Origin: Lingula anatina
Taxonomy: Eukaryota > Animalia > Brachiopoda
Direction: 5' to 3'
DNA length: 64,000 nt
Assembly: GCA_051362555.1 (NCBI GenBank)
Contig: CM120645.1
Location: forward strand, 21,948,001 to 22,012,000
Part shown: piece by piece, positions 19,452 to 30,885 of the stretch
How the letters are laid out: every line of letters starts with the position of its first letter
How positions within the stretch are numbered: the stretch's first letter is position 1
Notes under the pieces: model-generated
Databases searched by the model: none
Told to the model about the DNA's origin: nothing
What the model saw: only the letters and a program-made list of their open reading frames with translations
Program-made: the position numbers and the translations under genes

Positions 19452-21527
19452 TCACAGTTTTCTTTCCAGCTTGCTTAAGCAATCTCGCAACATTCGAAGT
19501 TCATTTTCTAAGTGGAATTGGTGTTGCTGAGCACCACGTTGGTTGAAAGTCTTTCTATTATTCCATTGGTCCTGATATGTATGGAGCTGTCTACCAAGGG
19601 TAGGGGGTGGGGGTCCATTTGCTAGCTTGATGTTCCTTGCAAGGGCAATTACACCAGGTTGGGAGAGGTGGATTCCATCCCATACGAAGAAGTCCCTTCT
19701 GCACACTATATTGCTATTATGAATGTATCTAACACCATGTTGTGTCTGGCAAAAGGCGTGTACGAGGGCATTTGTTTCCTGTGCATTTGCATTGAATCTC
19801 CTATTACCCCATCGTGGAAGGATGTTACTGACTACGATTGTTGTATTTGGGTAGCGCTGTCTAGCACTGCGTATCAGGTCTTTCGTTTCATTCGCAACTT
19901 GGCTAGGGGGCTGGTTGGAGCTGATGTTGTTAGATCCAATGATGAAAGTGATGGATCTAGGCTGGCCAAATTGTTTTTCTAACAAGAGCCTTTTAGCATC
20001 TTCAATCTTCTTTCCACTCAGTACATAGCAGTGGCTCTTGGATTTTGGGAATAACTTATTAGCTTGAATTCCTTTCCCAATAGAGCTAGTTATTAAGACA
20101 TGGTCCAATTCTATAGGAATATTCTCTCTTGAATCCGGTGGAGTCATTGTGTTTCCATTCCCAGTAAGTGAATTTGCTGGTGGGTGCAGATTGGTAGTTT
20201 CAGTAGAAGATGTTACTTCATGTATTTCTGGGGAAGAGGGTGCTATCGGTGATGCTGCTAATACAGATGGAACAATGGTAGGTGTAGCAGCAGTGATGAG
20301 GGGTGTTGTTTTGACAGCAGCCTGAGTATTATCAGGGGTGACATCAGTGATGTTGTCAGTTTCATTAACCATTTCCAGCCTTGAGTTTGTTTTCTCAGGT
20401 GTATGGGTATATGTGGCCAAGCTGTCTCTATCCTCCCATTGTGTTCCTTTGCTGACTGTATCTCTCTGGTTAGGTGTTAATGGCCCAGTCTGTGTCCCAT
20501 TGTTGACTGTAGTCTTTTGTTTTGGGACTGTGATTAAGGTCTCACATTGTGTTCCAGATGTCACATTAGTTGTGTGCTTGGGGTTTTTGTTATCTATCTT
20601 CTCTGATAGATAATCTAACTGTTTGATGATCTTTGAGAGTATATTTGTAGTTTCTAGATGTCTAGAATCTGATAAGGCGGTGATACCAGTTAATGAAGCT
20701 TTTATGGACTCCAACTGGTCGCTAAGGAGGGTTTTGGACTTAGCTTCTTCCCTTTTAGCATCTGCCGTACTGAATACAATTTCTGAATATTGATTTTCTA
20801 CTGCTTGTAGAGTTTCCTGTAGTCTGGATATGTCCCTCTCATTTTTCTTTTCTTTTGGATTTGGACGTGTTTTTGTTTTGAAACCCTTGCGTAGAGTTTG
20901 ACTGTCTTCTTCAGTTGAGTTGGTCTTATTGACAGGTGAATCAGCAATCTGTGTGGTCTCTGGGTGTGATGGTTGTATTTTCCTTGGTGATGATAGTAGA
21001 AGTGATACATTTGGATAGTCATGAGCCAACCATAACATATAGGCTGCTCCCTGGATGTGTAGCTTTTTGGACTTTGCTGTGTGGTAGAAGGTTAGTGAGA
21101 CTGTACCTAGTTTAGCACCGGAAGAGCTAGAATATGGAAACTTGAGTTGAGTCCCTATTCCACCATTTACTTCACATTCAGATTCTGGTTTGTGATATAC
21201 CCTGCACTTCTCCAGCCATTGCTTAACTTGGCTCACTGTGTTCATTTTTATGACAACACAGTGGGTATTGTGGGTGGTTGTGTCGATAGTAGGGCCTTGG
21301 TACTCCTCAGAATAATCATAATTAGAAGATATGCCATTTTCCCTGTCATATATGATTCTAGTTTTCCTGTTCATCAAAGTAGAGAATGCAATACTGTATG
21401 ATTCCAACAGTTTCTGATTATTGTCATTTAAGTCTGTTAGCTCACCTGCCTTTGTTGTGAAGGCTTCCTTTATTTCCTCTGTTGTGGCTTCAGGCTCCAC
21501 GCATAGTGTACTGTAGTGATCCACCAT
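19452..21527 (-). CDS. LINE B ORF1p: N-terminal J-domain-like module, alpha/beta domain, coiled coil, Thr-rich linker, SGNH/GDSL-type esterase
   Basis: DHYSTLCVEPEATTEEIKEAF...LESYSIAFSTLMNRKTRIIYD follows the DnaJ pattern without HPD. Esterase blocks ITSSIG, SGKKI, GSNN, DGIHL. Confidence 0.85.
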   Translation of the reverse strand: MVDHYSTLCVEPEATTEEIKEAFTTKAGELTDLNDNNQKLLESYSIAFSTLMNRKTRIIYDRENGISSNYDYSEEYQGPTIDTTTHNTHCVVIKMNTVSQVKQWLEKCRVYHKPESECEVNGGIGTQLKFPYSSSSGAKLGTVSLTFYHTAKSKKLHIQGAAYMLWLAHDYPNVSLLLSSPRKIQPSHPETTQIADSPVNKTNSTEEDSQTLRKGFKTKTRPNPKEKKNERDISRLQETLQAVENQYSEIVFSTADAKREEAKSKTLLSDQLESIKASLTGITALSDSRHLETTNILSKIIKQLDYLSEKIDNKNPKHTTNVTSGTQCETLITVPKQKTTVNNGTQTGPLTPNQRDTVSKGTQWEDRDSLATYTHTPEKTNSRLEMVNETDNITDVTPDNTQAAVKTTPLITAATPTIVPSVLAASPIAPSSPEIHEVTSSTETTNLHPPANSLTGNGNTMTPPDSRENIPIELDHVLITSSIGKGIQANKLFPKSKSHCYVLSGKKIEDAKRLLLEKQFGQPRSITFIIGSNNISSNQPPSQVANETKDLIRSARQRYPNTTIVVSNILPRWGNRRFNANAQETNALVHAFCQTQHGVRYIHNSNIVCRRDFFVWDGIHLSQPGVIALARNIKLANGPPPPTLGRQLHTYQDQWNNRKTFNQRGAQQHQFHLENELRMLRDCLSKLERKL

Positions 21528-22168
21528 CTTGGCTTGCTGTAGAGCTCTTTGTTTACAGTGTGCAGTTCAGATCAGATTTATATCACTTATTTCATCTAAC
21601 TTGCACGGTTTTAATCCTTAATATTTTCAAATACTACTTCCTCATATGTTCATATTCCCTTTTCAACTTGTTTAGATGATTTAGAAATCTTGGTTCTGGC
21701 ATAAAAGTGCAATTATTAGAGAGCCATGCACATGATCATCCTGCTGTCAGCCATCTTGATATGGTTATTGGATTGTAACTGACATTTAAGAACATGAGAT
21801 TTCAATGGAACTGAAAGATTTATATTGTTAATTCCTTCAAAATTTAATTTTATTATCTTAAGTGCGCTACATGTATATACTGTCTAAAGGCGTGATCATC
21901 CCGATCATAAGAACATCTCTCCTGAGGAAGCTTCCCCCGAGGGCTTATCATATTTTGTTATTCATCATTTCATTTCTCTTTGCTGATTTATCCCTAAAAG
22001 TTGTATTTGATCTATCAAATCCAGTCCAATTACAGATTGCTTGGAAGCGATATCAAAGTTTATATTTAAAGCATGATCATTATTTCCATAAAATTGCAAT
22101 GAATTATAATGAATAAGACTTGGTCAAAGGCCATGCTATTTGATTATTAAAAGTTTGGCCGCGGCCTT

Positions 22169-22574
22169 CAGGGCCGTAGCCTGAGCAAAATGCCGGGGGG
22201 GGGGGGGGGGGGGGCAGTAAGCGGACACGAGGGGGTGAAGCCCCCGAGGTGGGAGGGGGTGCCCCCCTCCCATGGTGTGGAAATTTTTTAAAAACTGTAT
22301 TGCATTCTGGTGCATTTTAACAGTTATTTATTGCTCAATCAGAAGTCAGATATTGTGGGCGAAGCCTCCGAGGGGGGACACCCCCTCCCACGGTGTGGAA
22401 AATTTTTAAAAACTGTATGTATAATACTGCATTCTGGTGCATTTTCACAGAAAATGATACCAACTTTGCAATTTTTTTTTACCTTTGCGATTATTTTTTT
22501 TGCACCTCAAATCCCGGGGGGGGGGGGGGGGGGGGGGCATCTGCCCCCCTGCCCCCCCGGAGGCTACGGCCCTG
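22169..22574. mobile_element. G-rich MITE, hAT-like, 5-bp TSD
   Basis: TIR CAGGGCCGTAGCCT ... AGGCTACGGCCCTG, TSD GCCTT at 22164-22168 and 22575-22579, internal poly-G runs and a duplicated block. Confidence 0.75.
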
Positions 22575-25500
22575 GCCTTGAATGATGCAACTCTGGTTGC
22601 AGCAATGCAAGTTAATCAGCGGACATATAACTGACTAACATTTAACTTGTCGCTCGTACTATAGAAATTGTTAATCACACTTGCGCTTACAATCTGGATT
22701 TTATAGGATACGTTTTAAGGTGTCTACGGAGTAAAAATCATTTCACTGAAATCATGATACACAGTCAGTGTATTTTTAATTTTTATTTTTTCAGTTAATA
22801 AGGTGTATAAATAAAGATTCCTTAGACGATCGCTATTTAGACTGCGGCAGTTTAAATAGATCTTAAGTTTATTACACTGATGGACGTAGTGCTTATGCAT
22901 TGAATCAGCGTGTGCAGTGGTGCAACCAATCTTTAATTAATAAGGGAGTTGGAAGAACCAGCGGGTGACCGTTAATCGTTCTAATATTTAATCAACACTG
23001 AGCGGAGAACAAACAAAAAAGGATAAAGCTGTGTCACTCTATGCGCTGGTGGCCGGGGAAATTTCAACAAAGCCCGACTAACAACAATGTACGTCACGGT
23101 CACCTTCAATATTTCATCCAGCTAAAAGACGAAAACAAAAATACTGTTGACTGGAGATGCATTAGAACATTTTTTTATTTGATGAATAAGTATTGCCCCA
23201 CAACTGATCGTAGTACATCCCGCGATAAGATTTCGCTCGATAGACCATGTCTAGAACTATTAGTAAACCATTAGTTCTAAACTAGCTGTCATAAAAAACC
23301 TTGCTTGAAAAACTGAATAACTATAAGACCATTGTTATTTTGCAAGATTAAGCAGTGATAAATATGTTGATATATAGCAAACATTATCAGTATGATGTAT
23401 CGTAATACGTATATAACAGGAGTACTTTTCTATCAGTGGGTGAGGAAGAAAAGGGGGTGGTTAAACCACGTAAGTGAAGAATCACTGCACATTAACGTGC
23501 ATCGTGTGTCACTTTTACAGGGTTTCTGCTAATGAAAATGTATCATATCGCAATATACTGATTTCTTCATAGAAATTATTTTTTTACATGAAAATAAATA
23601 AATCGCCGCAAGTCAAAAACGGCTATTTTGTTTATAAGTTCTGGGCTTTGACAGAGAAGGACAGGCCTGCTTTAGATGACAGCCGGATTCGGTTGTTTTT
23701 GTATGGGGATTGCTACCAGTAATTAACACAGTTTTCACATGAAGTACCATTGAAACACGATGGTCGAGAGATGACTCATGAGTTGAGGTCAGTATAACAA
23801 GCAGCATGGTGGCCAATAAGCTATTTAACCTTTTATGTAACCTCTCTCCAACAGCGGTGATGAAGGCTTAAACCAAGGAGTTATAACAGAAGGAGATTAC
23901 ACGCGTGGAGGTGGAGCCCGTATTACGGTCTCTCATTGGTCGGAATGAATAGAACCCAGAGAACAATGGATGCCTATCTCTGTTACGCTTAATTGGTACT
24001 CTCGTTTAAATCTCGTTTGTCAGAATAGATGCCTTCGTCTGTCGTTTGGAGAGGACACAAACAGAAACGCAGTCAAAAGTTTCTTAAAATGAGAGAATTA
24101 CAGAATTTATATGATATTACGTTGGGCAAGGTTTTCAAAAAACAGGTAAGTGCTTTTAAATGCATAACTACACGAAATATGAAGATAAATTGCAACTTTT
24201 ATGTCGTAGGGTCTCATTGTGTAAGTGTCCAGCTACACGTTGATCTCGCGAGGTGGTGTGTGGAGAATAAATATTGCACGAAAAATATTTCCCACTCATA
24301 ACAAGTGCCTATAAATATAGTATCAGATGAAGAAAGTTTGGTCTTTATACAGTTGCAATTGTTAAGTAATTTGTGGCAATAGCAAAGAATAAAACTTAGG
24401 TGCACTTTCAGTAGCCGAATAACAAGCAGATGCTTAAGCCGCCATCTTGTTAATATTTCGAAAAAAATTACTCCAAAAGACATTTTCCTCCTTCTTTTTG
24501 AAACTTTTGTCACATGACAGTCATAAAATTTAACTAACTGTTATGTATGCAACATACTTGCTTGAGCAGTATTGTTTTTTTTTGCGATTTTACATGTGGT
24601 CTAGCTTGGATACGACAATTGACAATTTTCATGAGTTCCGATCAAAAATTGTTACGCTTGTTACGGCCAAAAGCCTTACCACTTTTTGTACTTTTCAAAT
24701 GCAAGATTATAAAAAAATTTGGTGTGTTTAGATTCTTGAACATCTTGGTCGTGGCGTGGTATATATTGCATGGATACTGCTCCAATATTTCTTGAAAAAA
24801 ATAACCTGATTTGTTCAGAATACCAATTTTTTACTCTAGTGTTATGGGTAAATGTACCATTTTGGCCTTTACCTTTTTCATGTTTAAATCTAAAAAGACT
24901 TATCATGACAGTTGGTCATCATTTTTCTTCTCACCATGGTGGGTGGCTTTGGAGTGGTAACTTTGTTGTTAAAGTAAAGTGCTCAGTTTTTTTGACTGGA
25001 AAATGTTGCCTCCACCCAGCATTTTCCATCATGGCGGTCTAACAGGAAGTTTGACTTTATGGCATAGTTATTTTTAACTTATTTAGTCTTCTTTTTACAT
25101 ATATGTGTTTTAATTTATATTAAACCTTTGAAAAAAGAACACATATGAATCCTGGTGCTTTTAATTTAAAGTCTAAAGGTTTTAAGTTCACCTAGGCTAT
25201 ACCAATTACTTAACCTGTTATCTCACTACACATCTCCCTTTGAGTCAAGGTGTGTAAGACACACCTTACTGTGTAAGACACCTCTATAATTAAGGGGTAC
25301 TTGCTTCTCTACATTAATTATACTTCACTACTTTGGCATGTTAGGTGGCAAGCTTGGATGTTTCTGTTCATTTTAAGAAAGAAGCTTTGCCTTGGTGGTT
25401 ACAAAAGAATAGAACTCTATTAAGGTTTATTCATTACTTGAAAGTAAATATTTCATCTTGCAGTGTTGAAACAGAAATTCTCTCAAAATTGATAATGAAT

Positions 25501-27483
25501 TTTACATGCTTATCTTAACACTACTCAAGTTTTTTTTTATTCTATTATAGATATGGGAGAAGGCTGCATTGAATACATGAATTATGGTCAGGCTGGAAAA
25601 AAATTAAAAAATGCAAATGAAAAAAGGAGGTCTGCGTGTCTGGGGTAAGTTACTTTTGTCATAATGCCTACGATGCATTAAACATTCACTAACGACAGTA
25701 CCCTTTTTAAAATTTTTTTCAAAATACAACAACCTTGGGCATTTTCCTTTTAGCAACCAGCCTCTCTGAAATCCCCTTTTTGTCCTGTCAGAAGAGTAGG
25801 AACAAGGGCGGATTTAAATAATTTCTTGTAATAAGTACAATTTCTTTCAATTTCTTGGGGTTACTAGCTTGTGATCATGAATCTTGATATGCTATATAAA
25901 TTTAGTTGTAAATTGTTCATTTATGTGGTGAACATTATTTCAGTCAAGTCAAAACAAGACACATTAAACTTCACTGCGTAATTCCATAATGTCTTCATGG
26001 ATACTAGTAGTTCATAATGGTATTATTATGTTTTTTTTTCTAACCTACAGGTTTCTCTCTTTTCTGAGTGGCATGGCATTGGCAGGCAGAAGAAAAGGCC
26101 CTGAAGAAATTCTCACTTGAGTTGTCCTTTTTGGAGAAGAAACTGGATAAGACTGGCCAACAGAGATTGCATTAAATTAATAGTGCTCCTTCATGACATT
26201 TTAAAATATTTTCAGTCACCTAACTGACTCTATACCTTTCAAAAGTTGACATAAATTTTATGCTACTGTCACGTGGAAAAAAATTCAAAGCCTATATATA
26301 ATTTGTTGAGTGCCATGGTATAACAGTCTACTTGATTGCCAGTAAAATTTGGACTTTCAGTGAAATTTCTTTAAAGCAGTCACTTACTGGCCCAGTTAAT
26401 TTTTTCAGCTGTAACATGTACTCCAGTTCATTTTATAAATGTTCTTACTAAGTGTTGTCTTGATTTATAATAACCTTTTGAAAATCCCATGTTTTTATCC
26501 TATTTGTAAGAATTAGCCACTTTATCTTCTTTTTTCATTCAGCCCATTAGATTCTCAGACCTTGCTGGCCTGTGAGTGGAATAGTATCTGGCACAGACTG
26601 GTATCAGCAAGTCAGATAAAAAAGAATATAATTATTTCTATTTGCACGGTTGAAAAAAATGCCAACATAGACTGCATAAAACTGGAAAACCATAGCAACT
26701 TAGTCATTCTTATGACTTCATTAATTACTGCTTACGTGTAAAATTTTGTTTTTGTTCTTCTATTGATATAATAAAATGGTTTTACTCATGATGCTTGAGT
26801 ATAGAGTTGACTTAAAAGATATTTTAAGTTAATATACTAAATAATAGTTTGAAATTCAAAATTCTCATCTTTATTTGTTTCACTTTAAAGAGCTCAGTTA
26901 ATACTAAAATTTCTGATATATTTTGCACATAAATATATTTATGAATGAATAAAAATAATTCTTAATGTTTAGCACTGTGTACTTGTTTACCGACAAGTGT
27001 TAGTATGTGTCAAAATAATCCTGAAAAAAAGGGAGATTTCCAAGATAAAGAAATTTATAACGAGTATTTAGTAAACTGGCATGTCGTGGCATTGCCTCAA
27101 CCTTTGATTAAAATTTCACTTTAATGCATTATGATATTAAAATTATACCGAGTGAGAGAAAAAAATACTGTAACAAAGGGGGTCACAGGAGCCACGAATC
27201 TGCTATTTAAAATCATTAGAAACAATGTAAACATGTGCTGCACGATCGTCTGCTATGACCGGAATCTACTTTTCTTCAATAACTTTACATTAAATCTTAC
27301 CTAAGACTTCGTTTTTCCTTAGAGACATATGTCCTGGAGTTTATCCATAGGTTAATTCTTCATTTAAATCCCAAATAATGGAAATACGGCGCTAAATCTA
27401 CAATACACAAGTTAGTGACACTTCCATGCAGAGCGGCCATGCTGTTAGGTCGCGACCTTCGACCTTTGACCGCAGCGCGAGCA

Positions 27484-27506
27484 TGACGTAACGGAGTCTA
27501 TAAATA
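27484..27506 (+). promoter_or_regulatory. LTR core promoter (CRE-like TGACGTAA plus TATA box)
   Basis: TGACGTAACGGAGTCTATAAATA, ~330 bp inside the element. Confidence 0.55.
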
Positions 27507-27900
27507 GGGCTGCAGAGCCAAAGCGGGGGTTCTTCGAAAAGCTGACTCCCCTCTCGACAGAATCAACAGCCTATAGTACCAGTGAGTTAGATTTTATTTA
27601 GAGGGTGCCCCCGCGGGGGTAACCCGCCTGTCATTAGCCATTTTCTATGTAGTTTGGTACTGAATTTAATGAAACTTTATCTAATTTTAGTAAGTTCAAC
27701 TTGTAGTAGTTGCTAGATCGAAGTTACGGTCTCTGTTTAGATATTTCGCGTAGCTTCCCCATGACCTCCCTTTTTTTACTATTAACCGTTTTTCACCACT
27801 AATTACCCGCTTCTGTTGTTTTGCACTCCCTGTGCAAGTAATTAAGTGATGTTCAGTTAATTTTTTTCTTCTCTTTTACCTGTTCGTCTATGTTACTGTA

Positions 27901-29467
27901 GTTATCTCTAGGAGATCAAATGCACTCTTAGGTTATCTCTATAGGTTATCTTAGGTTATCTTAATGGGTTATCTCTATAAGAGAACACGGTATCTTAGGT
28001 TATCTCTATAGGTTATCTTAAGTTATCTTAACAGGTTATCTCTATAAGAGAACATGTTATCTTAGGTTATCTCTACAGGTTATCCTAAGTTATCTTCATG
28101 GGTTATCTCTATAAGATCAAAGGTTATCTCAGGTTATCTCTATAGGTTATCTTAAGTTATCTTAACAGGTTATCTCTATAAGAGAACATGTTATCTTAGG
28201 TTATCTCTACAGGTTATCCTAGGTTATCTTAATGGGTTATCTCTATAAGATCAAAGGTTATCTCAGGTTATCTCTATAGGTTATCTTAAGTTATCTTAAC
28301 AGGTTATCTCTATAAGAGAACATGTTATCTTAGGTTATCTCTACAGGTTATCCTAGGTTATCTTAATGGGTTATCTCTATAAGATCAAAGGTTATCTCAG
28401 GTTATCTCTATAGGTTATCTTAAGTTATCAAAGGTTATCTCAGGTTATCTCTATAGGTTATCTTAAGTTATCTTAACAGGTTATCTCTATAAGAGAACAT
28501 GTTATCTTAGGTTATCTCTACAGGTGATCCTAGGTTATCTTAATGGGTTATCTCTATAAGATCAAGGGTTATCTCAGGTTATCTCTATAGGTTATCTTAA
28601 GTTATCTTAACAGGTTATCTCTATAAGAGAACATGTTATCTTAGGTTATCTCTACAGGTGATCCTAGGTTATCTTAATGGGTTATCTCTATAAGATCAAG
28701 GGTTATCTCAGGTTATCTCTATAGGTTATCTTAAGTTATCTTAACAGGTTATCTCTATAAGAGAACATGTTATCTTAGGTTATCTCTACAGGTGATCCTA
28801 GGTTATCTTAATGGGTTATCTCTATAAGATCAAAGGTTATCTCAGGTTATCTCTATAGGTTATCTTAAGTTATCTTAACAGGTTATCTCTATAAGAGAAC
28901 ATGTTATCTTAGGTTATCTCTATAGGTTATCCCAGGTTATCTTCATGGGTTATCTCTATAAGATCAAAGGTTATCTCAGGTTATCTCTATAGGTTATCTT
29001 AAGTTATCTTACCAGGTTATCTCTATAAGAGAACATGTTATCTTAGGTTATCTCTATAGGTTATCCCAGGTTATCTTAATGGGTTATCTCTATAAGATCA
29101 AAGGTTATCTCAGGTTATCTCTATAGGTTATCTTAAGTTATCTTAACAGGTTATCTCTATAAGAGAACATGTTATCTTAGGTTATCTTAATGGGTTATCT
29201 CTATAAGATCAAAGGTTATCTCAGGTTATCTCTATAGGTTATCTTAAGTTATCTTAACAGGTTATCTCTATAAGAGAACATGTTATCCTAGGTTATCTCT
29301 ATAGGTTATCTCAGGTTATCTTAATGGGTTATCTCTATGAGATCAAAGCTTATCTTAGGTTATCTCTGTAGGTTATCTTAAGTTATCTTAAGGGGTTATC
29401 TCTATAAGAGGACAAGTTATCTCGAGTTACCTTAAGGGGTTATTACTATATGGAAACCGATTATCTT
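27901..29467. repeat. Higher-order tandem array, 134-bp unit built of ~10 GTTATCT (AGATAAC) motifs
   Basis: Marker GAGAAC recurs at 28048, 28182, 28316 (period 134); about 11 units. Confidence 0.95.
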
Positions 29468-29540
29468 TAATGTTTGGGTCATTTAAAATTTACCGGCATG
29501 TGCTCGTTAGATTAATTACCACTAGTTTCTGAGTTTTAAA

Positions 29541-29950
29541 CAAGTAAGGCGACTGGCAAGCTTATTTAACTATGGTCATACAAGGTTAGATTTGTGAGCT
29601 TTTCAGAGAGTGGCACCCTCTCTTTAATAAAGTGCTAAGGTCAGAGAATTCATTAAGTTACCTAATTAGAAGGGTGGACTTATACCGCCAAGTTTATGCC
29701 TTTATCAAGTAAGGCGACTGGCAAGCTTATGTAACTATGGTCATACAAGGTTAGATTTGTGAGCTTTTCAGAGAGTGGCACCCTCTCTTTAATAAAGTGC
29801 TAAGGTCAGAGAATTCGTTAAGTTACCTAAGTCAAGTGGTTTATGCTTTTAACAAATAAGGTGATTGGCAAGCTTATTTAGCTATGGTTTTACAAAGTTC
29901 GATCAGTGAGTTTTTTAGAGGGCAGCACCCTCTCTTTAATATAAGTGCTC
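29541..29950. repeat. Three ~150-165-bp direct repeats inside the solo LTR
   Basis: CAAGTAAGGCGACTGGCAAGCTTAT...AGAGAGTGGCACCCTCTCTTTAATAAAGTGCT at 29541 and 29706, diverged copy at 29853. Confidence 0.85.
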
Positions 29951-30371
29951 CTAGCAATTATTAAGTTTTTAAGTGGACAGTTGGCTGACTGAATATGGAG
30001 GTGTTTTTCCTGGTGAGGAGGGGTTCCAGCATGTAGGAATTGGTCCCTTGGCTGCAGTTGACAAGTTCCTGGCCAAGACCTTGGGGTGCAGTTGACAGGT
30101 TCCTGGCCAAGGTTGCTGCTGGTTTTGATGGCGAAGAGAAGTGCACATCTCATCCTCGGGTGAAAGGCCGTACGGGTCCGGGGCGCCATCGGCGCAGACG
30201 TCAACTTGGTGCTGTTGATGATGTTCCAGTCCAAGTGCGCGGTGAAATCCTCCATGAGACTTGGGGGTAGTTTTTATTTTAGTTTCCTTAGTTATCCCAT
30301 TGGGAACACCAGATACCTTATTCAGCCAGCTGATACCAAGAAGAAACAAAGTGAGGGTCAACGACGTCCAT

Positions 30372-30885
30372 CAACGATGCCATCCAACGCGGTGCCGTCA
30401 ACGAGGCCGTCCTTCGCGTAGTTACCACCAGAGATACCAGATGTCGTCGCACGCTTCCCAATTCCATCAACGGCGCCATCTAACGCGAACCGCCAACGAG
30501 GTCGTCCTTCGCGTAGTTACCACTAGAGATGCCAGATGTCGTCGCACGCTACCCAATTCCATCAACGATGTCATCTAACGCGAACCGTCAACGAGGCCGT
30601 CCTACGCATGGTTACCACTACAGATGCCAGATGTCATCGCACGCTACCCAATTCCATCAACGATGTCATCTAACGCGAACCGTCAACGAGGCCGTCCTAC
30701 GCATGGTTACCACTACAGATGCCAGATGTCATCGCACGCTACCCAATTCCATCAACGATGTCATCTAACGCGAACCGTCAAAGAGGCCGTCCTACGCATG
30801 GTTACCACTAGAGATGCCTGATGTCATCGCACGCTACCCGATTCCATTAACGATGCCATCCAACGCAGTGCCGTCAACGAGGTCG
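30372..30885. repeat. 95-bp tandem repeat, ~5.5 units
   Basis: GTTACCAC at 30421, 30516, 30611, 30706, 30801. Confidence 0.95.

Larger units (their letters stand above)
15341..21760 (-). mobile_element. Full-length L2/CR1-group (Daphne/Crack-like) LINE B
   Basis: Intact ORF1 and ORF2, 3' AATAAA plus (TTA)n tail at ~15341-15363, YY1-like CAAGATGGC near the 5' end. No convincing TSD seen; the 5' boundary is approximate. Confidence 0.9.

Noticed and set aside
16120-21401. Plus-strand ORFs antisense to LINE B (likewise those antisense to BEL and LINE C)
   Set aside because: Shadow ORFs of long coding frames.
13854-21784. Solo LTR TGTCAG...CTGACA split by LINE B
   Set aside because: Flanks ATAT and TTTA do not form a TSD.
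24029-24301. Possible THAP-domain start of a P transposase
   Set aside because: Lacks the C2CH zinc ligands and the AVP motif.
30261-30821. Repetitive ORFs in the 95-bp array
   Set aside because: The frame rotates each unit and there is no coding signature.
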